In this document: positions 50,602-63,300 of the stretch, in pieces
How the letters are laid out: each line of letters starts with the position of its first letter
How positions within the stretch are numbered: position 1 is the stretch's first letter
NCBI GenBank assembly: GCA_016748015.1
Contig: JAAOMT010000777.1
Coordinates: 66,347 to 130,346, forward strand
Reading direction: 5' to 3'
Source: Geosiphon pyriformis uo1
Taxonomy: Eukaryota; Fungi; Glomeromycota
DNA length: 64,000 nucleotides
The notes under the pieces: generated by a model
What the model saw: only the letters and a program-made list of their open reading frames with translations
Database searches by the model: none
Told to the model about the DNA's origin: nothing
Position numbers and translations under genes: made by a program

Positions 50602-53600
50602 CTAATCTTGTCTCATTCTGGAAAGACAGTCAACATTGGTGTGGAGTTTTCCTGGTTTGTGATGTACTATGTATTGATAGTTTGCTAGAAATCCTGTCCA
50701 TCGGGTTTGTTTTGCATTCAGCTGAGTATTTTTGTTCTGAAGCCATTTGAGTCCAATATTATCAGTAATAATATCGAATTTTTTAGGCCTGAGATAAAGG
50801 TTGAAGTGGTGTAGGGCCCAAATTACGGCTGTTGTTTCTAGTTCTGTGGCAGGGTAGCTTTTCTCAGCTGGTTTTAATGTTCTGCTAGCATAAGCAATTA
50901 CTTGCTCATTTCCGTTGTCATCTAGTTGTGATAAAATGGCATCAAAAGCAGTATATGAAGCATCTGTAGTTAGTTGAAATCAGTTGCTGAAATCCGGGTA
51001 GACAAGGATTGAAGCTGTTATCAGTTTTTTCTTGAGAATTTCAAAAGCTTTTTGGTGTTCGGTAGTCTATTTGTATTCAACATTTTTGGTGGTAAGCTGG
51101 TTGAGGGGTTTTGCAATTTCCGAGAATCTTTTGATAAACTTCCAATAGTAGGATGCTAATCCTATAAATCCTTTTAGTTCTGTAGTGTTTCGAGGAGTTT
51201 TGAAGTTTTTGACAATACTGATTTTTTCAGAGTTCGGTTTAATTCCATTTTTACTAACAATATGACCAAGGAAGACCAGGCTTGTTTTTCCAAAGTAGCA
51301 TTTTTTGATATTGAGTTTTAGTCTTGCTTTTTGTAATTGTTGAAAAACTTCTCGCAGATGTTTTAAGTGTAATTTGAACGATGGAAAATAAACATCAGTA
51401 TTGTCAAGATAAATGACTACTGACTTCCAAAGAAGTCCTTGGTACACAACATCCATTAATCTCTGAAATGTTGTTGGTGCATTGCATAATCTGAAAGGCA
51501 TTACATTGAACTTATAATTTCTACCTTGGGTGGTGAATGCTGTTTTGGGGTGATCTTTGGGATCTATAGCAACTTGCCAGTAACAGTTTTCTAAATCTAG
51601 TGTTGAAAAGTATTTGGATTTTCCAAGGGCATCTAACATGTCATCAATTCGGGGAAAGGGGTAGGCATCTCCAATTGTAACACTGTTGAGTTGTCAATAG
51701 TCAACACAAAATCATATCTTTCCATTTTTCTTTTTAACTAGTACTACAAGTGAAGCCCAAAAACTCATGGAGGGTTGAATGAGCCTATTGTTAAACATTC
51801 ATTGTACTTCTTCTTGGATGAATTGGTGGCTTTCTGGAGCAATTCAATATGCTTGTTGTCTTTTTGGTTTGGCATCTCCTGTATAAATTTGGTGTTAGAC
51901 CAAATCGGTTCTTCCTAAGTCATTGTTGTTTTTAGCAAAAATATTGGCAAATTCTGCAATTGGCTCTTTGAGCTGGCTCCGTTGTTGTGATTCAAGTTGT
52001 CCCATGTTGATTTGAGATAGTTTTTCTATGACAACATGGTAGTTTTCAGAGCTAGAATTTGGGTTGATTTTTAGTAGTGAATGTCCAATAATTTCAGAGA
52101 AATTGGAGACTGTTTGGGGTAATTCTTGTTGAAATATATTACTGTGAATAACTTCAATTTCTAAATTATTTAATAAAATTATGGAATAATTATTGGGGTT
52201 GTAAAAAGTAACTTGGACTTTTTTTGTTCTTTCTGGAATATAAATGTTTGGGATCAAAATATTATGTTCCAAGCAGACTTGTTTATTGGACTCAAAAATT
52301 TGTTGTGTGGTTGTTGGCTTTGGGCAGGTGTAGATTTCCAGATGTTCTCCAAAGGGTAAGATGGTAATTGGTTGTAGAAGTCTAAGAATCTGGTGGAATT
52401 TGTTCTGTGTGTTAAGAGCTATATTAACTGAAACTGTAAATTGTCCAGTTGAACCAAAACCTTGGGTTTCTCTATCGCTTTTTCCTAATTGTTTTCTTTG
52501 ATTGACTAGTTGCAAACCCGAAATGTTAATTAGGGATAGATAAATAGCTTGGGCAATTTTTTCAGCATGTTCGATCTTAAATGATTTGTCAGTTTCATTT
52601 TGAAGCATCACTGTTATGTCTCCAGTATATCCAGCGTTGATTATTCCTCCTCTGACATTAATTTCTTTGCTTGCCAGAGAGGACCGGGAGATGATTTGAA
52701 CCATCGCTCCTAGTGGGATTTCGAGTGCAATTTTGAGGTTGATTTTTGTGAGAAATTTAGGTTTGAGAACAAGAGTATCCTTGTTTGGATATCTTAGGTC
52801 ATATCCAGCATCAATTTCGTGTGTTTTTTCGGGTTTTATTCTTTGTTTATTGTTGTTGAAGTATTTAAGTTGTAAGGCAGGCTGATTTTCAATAAGGTAA
52901 ATAGGTGTTGTTTCAATTTTTTCCATTGCTTCAGGTTTTCCAAATTCAATTTTGTTTTCATCATTTTCGCTGAGCAAGGGAATACTAAAAGCGTAGCATT
53001 CAGAACACCACTGTTCATCACAAGACATAATGCATTTTTCACATAGCCTAATGTTTATTTGCTCTAATCATTGAATTTGAGCTTTTTGTGTTGGGTAGGT
53101 GTGACTTGCAATTTGGTGGTAGACTTCTACTTCGTCTTCATAATCAAATCCAGCTAATTCCATGGTGTATTCAATGTATTCTGCTTTCTTTATTTGATGA
53201 ACATCTTCTTTGGTAGCTCTATTAATTAATGCCATTGCTAGGTTGAAAATCATCTCAGCATTATGGGAATAATGATAAAGTTTGTTGAGAGCACTGTTGT
53301 ATGCCGCATTAAAGGGTGTTCCTCTTTTTACTTTTTCTGAAATTGATAAAGCATATTGGTAGATCTGATCACAGACTTTTCTTCTCATGGCTATATCAAT
53401 CCAATTGCATTCTTCTGGTAGCATATCTCCACAAGTCAAACAAGGAGTGTTGTCCCATTTTCCACTTCTTTTTATTAGATGGCCCCATCATTCTCTGTAG
53501 CAAGCCTTGTAGTAATAACAAGTATGATTTTCATATTCTTCTTCAGGTGAAATGCAGGCTCCCATTGACAATAGTTTCTTGTGGCAGTCTTTACATTTAA

Positions 53601-56265
53601 AGAGAATATAGGAGCGTTGTTTTTTTGGTTTGGGTTTTGAGTAAGGGATATTCCATCCAGAGGTTTTAGGTTCAGAATGTGGAGTAAAATATTCTTGTTC
53701 TGTTTCATCGGCCCAGTTAGATGTTAATCCAAGAGCCATAAATGTTTCAATGAAGGGTTTTTCCTTTTTTGGTTCAAATTCAAAAGCTGGGGCTTTTTCA
53801 GAGTGTTTGTTGAATGTACCACAAGTGGCAGGTACTCAGGTGTGTTGTTCTTGGTAGAAGATTGTTAATTCTTGTGTTTTCCAATTCAGATTAGCATTGG
53901 CTTTTTGAAGCCAATCATTTCTGACGAGAGCTTAATACTGGGCTGCATTCATTACAAGAACTTTGACTGGAATGGTGATTCCATCAAGAGTGAACGGAAA
54001 ATTGTCAATTTCTCCTACTGGGGTCTTTTTCATGCTATCAGCAGTAATAATTACTGTTTGAGCTGGTCGGTCAACATTTTTCTTTAACTGTTGCATTAAC
54101 TGGTAGATAATAATGCTTCCGGCGGATCCACTGTCTAGGATTAAGCAAATTGCCTTTCCTTCAACTTCTGCTTTAGTGTACATAGTAGTGATTGCTTTTT
54201 GTTCATTGGCGGATGCATTGCTAAGCAGGAATGGTGACTCATTTGCTTCGAACTTAAAAGGGAATATATCTGAAAGGTTAGCGTTTTCAGCGATTTTGGC
54301 TGGTGGAATTGTGGTGGGAGTATAGGAAGAGTTTTGTTGTTGTGCTGCAGCTCTACCTTCCAAATGTGCAGTATAGTGAAAATTCTGTTCTTCTGGCATT
54401 GTTAAATAACTGGGTTGAGTGTGGTAATGGTTGGGTCTTGGTTGAGTGGAATTTTGGAGAACCAATTAATTGTTTGAACTGATTCTATTGTTGTGTATTT
54501 GGTATTGGTTTTGTGGTGTAAATTGATTTTGTGTAATCAGTCTTCGAGCAGGTACTTGATAATGTTGTGTGGGTGGTTGTTGGTATTGCTGTTGAATTGG
54601 CTGTGGAGCAGGCTGATAATAGTTATTTTGGTATTAAGGTCTTGGTGGATAGTAAGCTGATGGTGGTAGTTGATAATAAGATTGCTGTGATGGAGGGTAA
54701 CGTTGATTACTCCTATTTTGTTGGTCTCATTGTAGCTTTCTGCAATCTCTTTTCCAGTGGCCAGAAATTCCACAGTAATGGCAATTCTGAAGCTGGTTAT
54801 TGGAAAGTGATGCAAAGTTATTTTGATTTTGTCTTTGGAGTGGTTGATATCTTTGGGGTTGCTGTTGTTGTTGATTGGTAAAATAGTTTTCAATTTTCTT
54901 TGTGAGTTGGTCAATTTTTTCCTCAGCTGCTAAGCTGGTTTCTCCAATTGCCAAATTTACAAGTTTTGTGTGATTGGCCTCTTCCATGGCCATTTCGTAT
55001 CTTTTCGCATGTTGTATGGCAGAGTTCAAATTTTCTGGGGCATGTGGGCAAATCTTTTTAATTAGTTTATCTTTTAGGCCAGTGATAAATTGATTCAAGA
55101 TTTGAGCATCAGAATAATAATCATTTGTTTCGAGTTGGCAAATTTGTCTGAGAAGTTTGTTGAATTTCTCAATATAAGTCATAACAGATTTGGGGGGTTC
55201 TTGTTTGATATTTTGAAAATGATTGCGAAGGGTGATAGAGGTATTATTGTCAGTGAACTGTTCAAGGAAGGCTGCTTTGAAAGTGTTCCAATCATTGAAT
55301 GAGATGGCCAAGTTTTCAAACCATTCTCTTGCTATTCTTTTAAGAAAGTAAGAAATTGTTCTTAACATTCTGGCAGCATTCCATTCATTTGTATCTCCAG
55401 CTTTAGTAACTTGGTTGAGCTATTCTTGGAAACTGGTCTCAATGTCTTCTCCATTAAATTCAGGAATTTTTGTGATGTAGGTTGTCATTTCGTCTTCTTC
55501 GTTTTTGCTAACTATTGATTCTTCTTCAGATATTTTGGAGTCATTTTCTTCATTTGCTGCTGTCTCAGAGTGTTCACTTTGATTTTCAGCTAGAAAGTCA
55601 AGGAGATTGGAACTAGTTTGAAGGGGTTCTTGTTGTCTAGTGGGACTTCTGAGTGATGTAAAATCTTCTGGTCTTGCAAATTGATTCAAGGGTGAATTAG
55701 ATATTTGTGCTTGTGCAAGTGAAGCTGGAAAAGGTGTAATAGTAAGTGGAAATTTTGAACTGGTTCCTTGTTCAGGTGTTTGTAAATGTATGACAGTTGT
55801 TTTTGGTAGTGTTGGAGTATTTGGGGTGGTTCTTGAGTATTGCTTCAATTTGTTTTTGTCTTTGTTGCTTGTTTCTGTTTTCGATTCAAAATCAATAGAG
55901 TATTGAGACTGCACTAGATATGTTTCTTCACAGTATTTAATAATGTTAAAATTAAGTTCATGAAAGTAAGTGGCAAGTGTTTTACTGTTAAGGTCTTCAG
56001 TTCCCAACTGTGAATAGTGTACTAAATTATTATAAATGTTGCTTCTAACTTCTGTGATATTGTAATTTCCAAAAAGATAATTGTTGATGCAGTTTTCAAT
56101 GTATTGGTATACTGATTTCTTGACAACTTCAATTTTGTCTGAAATGTTGAATCTTTGCTTGCAGTGGGTGTAAATTGATTGGTAATACTCTAGAGTTGTT
56201 GCATCTGGTGTGGTCACCACTTTTGAAGTTGTTTTTGCTGTGTTGTTTCCGTGGAAGAGCACCAA
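50602..56265 (-). pseudogene. gag-PR-Cys-rich-dUTPase-RT-RNaseH of C (single frame)
   Basis: ORF fragments starting at 56265, 55368, 54465, 53739, 53439, 53028 and 51639 are all in one frame; CHYCGISGHWKRDC; ends SRMRQD-TAG. Confidence 0.9.
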
Positions 56266-56266
56266 A

Positions 56267-57181
56267 TGTTACTGGAGGTTTTTGGTCTCTTTTCTTAAAT
56301 ATTGTTAATGTTGATTTGCTGTGAATTCACGTTTTCAGGAAGTAGTTGAATCTCCAATAACTGAATTTATCTTCAAATTATCTCCTATAATTTGAACTTG
56401 CTGGGCTTATGAGTGGAATGGCCAATTCCGTGCCAGTTGCTTTATGTAGTTATGTTGTAGTAAACGTCAACTCTTTCCCAGGAATTGCTTGTCTGGAAGC
56501 TCACTAAAAAATGTGTAGTTACTTTGCTGTGAAAGTTAACTTTTCTACAAGAATCTTGTCTGTAGGCTATCCTAATGATTGTAATAAGAAAGAAAGAAAA
56601 AATAACAGAAATGTAAAAGAAATAGAATTTTATCAAAAGAAACGTTTTTCTATCCAGGCCTGGAGTCACTAACAGTTTACTGAAATTGGTAGCTAATCAA
56701 TTTCAAAATGTTAGTTGGGTTTTGGGGATTTTCCAAGTGCAACAATTAAAAAATTTGGTTTTTCGAATTATTTGATATTTATTTCTTTTTGTGTACATAG
56801 GAATGGTTTAAGTGATAAATCTAAAATAAGATATATTTTCTCGAAGAGAGAAGCTCTTCTTTTATACAACTTGTCGTAACACTATTCTATGAACTTGAAC
56901 TTTTCTATTTTCTACAATTTTGTTGAACTAAAGATATATTTCGGCGAACTACAAATTATTTCTGCAAATTATTAGATATTTCAGTGAACTATCAATTATT
57001 TCAGTGAATTTCTACAAATTTCAGCGAACTTTTGAATGTTACATAATTTGGGGTATTGCATGATTGATCATCGCAATTAGGTTACATTTGTGTTGTGTAC
57101 AATTTGGGTTATTAATTAAATGATAATTTCGGACATTTTTGCTAATATAATAAATAATATCTTTAATTTTGTCTGGTAACA
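56267..57181 (-). repeat. 5' LTR of C (915 bp, ~65-bp deletion near its start)
   Basis: Repeat of 47376-48356; PBS TGGTGCTCTTCCACGGAAAC adjacent. Confidence 0.95.
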
Positions 57182-58189
57182 ACGGCTCTAATGGTAATAT
57201 CAACAGAATATAAACACTTTTTTGTCTAATAGTGTGCTTTGCAGCAGAGGCCACTCTTGTGAAAACACAGTCTAGGGACGTCAGATCGGTCAAGACAGCT
57301 ACATCTTCTAGGTTTCACAGATTGGAAATTTTGGTTGCGAAAATTTTGGATGCTTACAAAACAGGCAATATGGTTAGATTTCAGTTTTTGGTTGATAAGT
57401 GGGTCGATTTGGACTTTGACCAGACTGTAATATTCAAGAGTTCTTTGGGCAATGGTTATGACAGAGTATTGGTTAAACAATCACTGGCAAGTTTTAGGAA
57501 ATTGTATAGGTCTTGCAAGTTTTTGGAATCTAAGACTTTCGAGGACTTACGAATCCAGACAGCTATTGAAAAGTGTATAGAAGCTTTTGTAGACAACAAA
57601 GATCAAATGATCAGAAATGTGTTAGAAAAGCCTTTCAGAAAAGTTATGCTGGACCATCTGGTTGATAATGGAGATTTGATATTGGAGCCTGATTTGGTCA
57701 AGAGCAGGGTGGATTTGATTATGGAAAATTGGACCAGGAAACGTGCAGTTAAACTTTCAATGCCTTCCCAATGGCAAGAACAATTTTCTCCTCTTAATTA
57801 TGTTGATAATGGTGCGTTCTCTGGCGTGATGGAGCAAATTGATTTTGGTGAATTTTTGTTGATGGTAAAAAATCTTCCAGATGGCAAAGCTGCTGGTTTG
57901 TCTAGTATCTCTAACGAGATGTGGAAACACTGTGATGAGTCTGTTCTGGTCCTTCTTTTGCGCCTGCTCAATTTATGCTTAGTGTATAAATCTGTTCCAG
58001 ATGCCTGGAAAGAAGTCTGGATATCCATGATTCCGAAACCTTATGAGTGGGATGGAGTTCTGACGAACACTAGACCAATTGCTCTCATTGAGACCTCTAG
58101 AAAGATTCTTTCAAAAATTCTATCTGATCGTATTTCGAGAGCCTGCAGTACACACAACGTTCTGCATGGAGACAATTTTTCACTTTGAA

Positions 58190-58452
58190 ACCCCAAATAA
58201 TCACTTGTAACACCATGAATAACCACTTTAAACATCAGAAACATTTTTTTCACTGCCAAAATCATTCTCTAAGAAGCCATCTCTCCTCTTTTTTCTTGGA
58301 ACAACAGATTTAAAGCTATTATTAGAACCAAAAACTTTGACTGCCTTTTTCATAACAATAATATTACAGTTAATAATAGTTTTGATTTATCATACTGAAT
58401 TGTAAAAACTTTGAATCTTTTTTAGAAATTTGGAATGAAAAAAAAAAAGAAG
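58190..58452 (-). mobile_element. 5' stub of an L-1-like LINE
   Basis: GATTTATCATACTGAATTGTAAAAACT is identical to L-1 at ~24401; same 5' terminus pattern. Confidence 0.7.
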
Positions 58453-60315
58453 TTTTTCCTTAAAATAAGAGTTTTTTAAAAAATATTTTTTTAAGTATTA
58501 TAAAATTAATTTATATTTAAATTAAAATTTTAACCTAAAAAAATTTCTAATATAAAAGCTTGTTTAAATTTAATTAACAACAAATTATTTTATTTTATTT
58601 TAATAAATTTATAAATCAAAATAAAATAATATTTTAAAAAATTAAACTTTTAAAAATTTATATAATATAATAAAAAAACTTAATTTTTTTTAACAATATA
58701 ATAAAACTAATAATAACTAAAAATACTTACAATAAATATTTAACAAATTAAATAAATAATAATATAGTTAATTACATAAAATTTTATTTGTAATATATAA
58801 TAAATATATAATTAGAATTTAAATTATTTTATTTTGTATTTATAATATTTTTATAATTGTAAATTATTATTATTTATAATACTTAATTTTAATTGTTTTT
58901 AGCTATTTTATTTTTAATTTTTATATCCAAAAAAATAAATTTTGAATTTTTTTTATTAAAGTATTTTTTTAGCAGTTTTTTCAAGTTTTTTGAACCAAAA
59001 AAAAATTATTTTACAAATGTATTAAAACCAAATTTTATTAACTAATGTGTTGTTATTTTATTTTAAAAATATGTGATAAATTATTTTGTCTTTTATTGTT
59101 TTTTTATGAATATAAACTCTTAGAAATAAACAATAACTTTAATAATTTCTAATTATTTAATAAAAAATATTATCACAATATTTTTATTTTTAAGAACTTT
59201 GTTTGATTATTATAAGTAAAATCTGAAATCTGAATCATATGTTTAACATAAATTTTTAAACTTTTATTATAAATTTCTAATTTTGCTCTTTGTAAAAAAA
59301 ATTTGTTGAAGACTTTTTAGCTTTTTTTGTTTTTTAATATAAAATTGTTTTTTTATTTTTAGAAAATTGTTTTAATATTAAACCAAATATAACTTTATTA
59401 TTAATAGAAGATATAAAAAATTGCTTTTATTAAAACCAAAATAAAAAATAGTTAAAAATATAAATTATTTCTTATAAAAAAAACATAAAAAATAAAAGCA
59501 ATATTAAAAAAAAAACAAAATATATATAGTTAAAAAAAAATTAATAATATAGTTTGATATTTATTTTTAGTTTAATTTTTTAAAAATAACTACACAAATA
59601 AATAATATCAAATAAAAACTTTTTTATCTAAATATTTTTTATTTTTATTAGTGACTTTAAGTTAAAAAACCTTGAATAATTTTAAAGTTAAATTTGATTA
59701 AATGTTCTTATTTAAAATAAATCAATAAAAATTTTATATTTCTAAATGTTTTTGTTTGTATTATCATTATTTTTTTATTATATTAACTTAATTAAAACTT
59801 CTAATTAATGTTTAATATTTTTAAAATAATACATTTAAAAAATAAATCTTGTTTTCAAAATAATTTTTTTAATTCAAAAAGCATTTATATTAAAATCAAT
59901 TTTAATACTTAAAATATAACATATATTGTAAAAAAATTTTCAAAATTTTTTTTTCTTCAAGATATAATAAAAATTTTTATAAAATTTATATTTTCTAATA
60001 ATAAATTTAAGTTACAATAAATAGAAATAATACTAAGATTAATTTTTAAAACTGCAAAAAAGTTTAAAAAATACAATAAATATTAACAATTTTAAAATTA
60101 CAACTGTATTATTATTTTTGATAACAAAAATTTTTCTATTGTTTAATATATTATTTAATTAAAAAGTAACTTAAAAATTCAAAATATATATATAAATAAA
60201 TTGCTAAAAATATGTTATTAAAAACAAATACTATATAATATATTATTAAATAATTTTTTACTTATTTTAAAAATGAAGTTATTATGTTTAAATTACAATA
60301 ATTTATTATGATAAT

Positions 60316-63300
60316 TCTTTCTTTTGTCAATCCTCTGGCCATGATAAAAGCAAATTTTATTATTGAAGAAATTGCTTACTCTTTATTCTTTTTTTCTTTG
60401 CTTTTTTAGTTATTTCTTTTAATATACTCTCTTTTGTTATAATAATCTCAGTAGGCTCTTCTATTGGTGATTTTGACTTGGTTTTAGCTGGTTTGGAGAT
60501 CCATCTGAGTGCAAAAAAACATTGTGTTGAAAGCATATACTCCTGTAATGTATCTTACAAGAAGCCAAAGAAACTTGTAGTAACTGGCTGTATAGTTAAT
60601 TCATTAACTGGCCCTTTAAGTCTTGAAGATCTTGGTGTTATTAAAGAAAATTCTGTAATGTTTTGAGATAATAAGGTTGGTAGCAAAGCTAATAGTGTTA
60701 GTGACTTGTCAGATGTTAAGAATATGAAAAACATAGTGGCTGAAGAGATGAGCTATATGGATTTAGACAACTTAGTAATCAATAAAAACATGAACAATTC
60801 AATGCTACAAAAGACTTATACTCAAACATATGTATTAAAACAGCTGCCAAAAGCTCTTTTATTTGTTAACCTGAGTAATAATAATAATGTTCTGATGTTT
60901 TTGTTATACAAACTTTTTGGCTTCAAGCAAAATTCTAAGATTAGGCTATGTGTTTCGGAAAAACAAAGTTTGAATCAGCAAAATTTTTCATCTTAAATAT
61001 TAAAATTTCTGTAGTACTTGGTAAAACTGTTGGTAATAAATTGTTGTGTATAAAAAAAAAATTTTATTATAAAGATGGTTTTGGAGGAGCTTTTACTCCC
61101 TCAAAATTTTTAGAAATCATTAGATTATTTTTTACATCAAAATCTAGTTTGAATAAGGCAAGAGATATGATAATTAGTGAAAAAATTTTGGTTAATAAAG
61201 ATTTCAGAAAAGTAAACAGCCATTTAGATTGGAAAGTAATCATCAAAAAGATTCCAGTTGATTTTTTTAAATTGGCTGTAGAATCAGTTTTTTCCAAATT
61301 TGGCAAAATTACTTTAATTAAAATACAATTAATTGGTCTTTGGCAAAAAACCTTAATAAAATTTAAGTTAGCAAATATTGTTAGTTTAGTTGTTTTCAAA
61401 TAATCAGTTTTTATAAAAAAAATTCAGTGCATATGGCAAGAGCTGTTGATGATAAACAAGCATAAGTTTTTAAGAACCAACATCAAATCTTGTTGTATAC
61501 TCTTTCAGTTGACACTACTGCTTATAATATCTCAGATCTCTTGAAATTATATGGTAAAAAAACTTGTTTTATTGGCCATAATCCAAATTTGTATATGCAT
61601 AATAGGTGTGCTGTAATTTGTTTTGATAATGAGGCATCCAAATTAACTGCTATTGGTTCTGTTCTAGTTTTTAAGAGTGTGAATTTGTATTGGGCTGGTC
61701 TTTTTTTGGCTTGCTGTGCTCAATATAAATGATTTGGTTATGTTTTTAATATTTGTTCAATGAGTAAAAATTCTGGTATTCATGATAAAAGGGTAATGAT
61801 TTCTCAAAATCTGATTTGTTTAACAAATATTTATAAAAAAAAACAAGCACTTATTGCTTATCTAGTTTCTTTTAACAGTAAAACTTGGGCACAAATTACT
61901 GGTAGTTCTCCTTTTCAGGTGTTTTTTTTAGTTTTTTAAAGTGCTAATTTGTTTCTTGATGTGAAATCCCTTTTGTTAATTTCTGTTTTCCATAATAACT
62001 CTTGTTTGAGTAACTATTTGGCTTTTTTGAAGCATTCTCTAAAGCTTTTGGCAGATCAGGTTTCTAGTATTTTAAAAAAGTTAAGCTTTGTGGAATTGGT
62101 GCCCTTGTTACCTGCCTTTCATGTGTCTTTTCTAGTTGTTTCTGTGTCTTTGGCTTCAAATTTGAATTCAGATATAGCTTTGAATAATGTGTTAACATTA
62201 TTTGCTTTTCTTTTTACTATTAATAAAAATATGATTTCTGTTTTTGAATTAAGTAATTCTAAGGTTCTGACCACCAAAATAGGTGGTTTAAAATCAAAAA
62301 TAGTGGCTTTAAAAGTCTTGGTTGGCTTAATGTTGGAAAAGTTGAATTGTTTGTGCTTTGGTTTGGGTTTGTTGGTTTTTTCTTCAACTTAATAAGTGAT
62401 TTGGCCTGGAAATTCGCTATATGCAATGTTCAAAGTATCAATGTTTCTGCAAAGCAAGAAGATGCTATTCATTGGCATAAAGATTCAGGTAATCTGGTTT
62501 CTATTATTACTAAGACTAAATTGAAGTTTAATATTAGACTATGGATTATGAATAAGTTTAATGAAATTTGGATTTTTATTTCTGGTTTAGATGTGGGTTT
62601 TTTTGGCACTGGGGTTGCTATTATCATAAACAATTCTTTGCCTTATTATGTATCTAAGATGAAGGAGATTCCTATTTGGCTGATTTTTGTGTGTCTCTTG
62701 TTTAAAAACAAGTTTTTGGTTATAATCTTGGGCCTGTATGCTAGTGTTTCTGTTAGTATGCACTTTAGTCAAGCTTTTAATATCAACTCTATAATCTCTA
62801 AAGCAATCAATTCAAGCTCTTTTTTAGTTCTTGGAAGTGACTTTAATAAAAATAGATCCAAAAGAAGTGCAAGTTTTAAGTTCTGCTTGGATTTAGATTT
62901 GATTAATGCTTTTAATAGTTATCTATTAGCAAGAACTTCTATCTGGAACAATTTCAAAGAAGTTGAGAAGGTAATAAATTTTATTTTTGTGGATGAAAAT
63001 TTGCTATCTGTTATTATATTGCATAAAGTTGATGGTGTTTTGGAATTTTTTAATATGAATTATAAAGCAATTTCGGTTTCAATTGACTTGGATAGACTTT
63101 TAAACACTTGTTTTATTAATATCTACAAGCAAACCAACCATGACTAGTAAAAGTTCAACTTGAAAAATGCTAATAAAGCCCAGTGGTTACATTTTAAGAA
63201 GTGTTTTTCTACTAAGATATTAATTAAATATAACATGTTTAAGAATGCATATAACAAAAATAACTTGAATACAATATAAAGGGCACTAAAGAAGACTATA

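Larger units (their letters stand above)
47376..57181 (-). mobile_element. Ty3/gypsy-like LTR retrotransposon C (same family as B), no matching TSD
   Basis: LTRs 47376-48356 and 56267-57181; PPT 48357-48369; PBS 56246-56264; flanks CTGT vs ACGG. Confidence 0.95.
44748..58188 (+). mobile_element. LINE L-3 (divergent family member), interrupted by gypsy C and 3'-truncated within RT
   Basis: 5' CTTCTTTC; ORF1 44876-46699; ORF2 APE 46696-47375, resuming 57182-58188 (WKEVWISMIPKP, NTRPIALIE). Confidence 0.85.
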
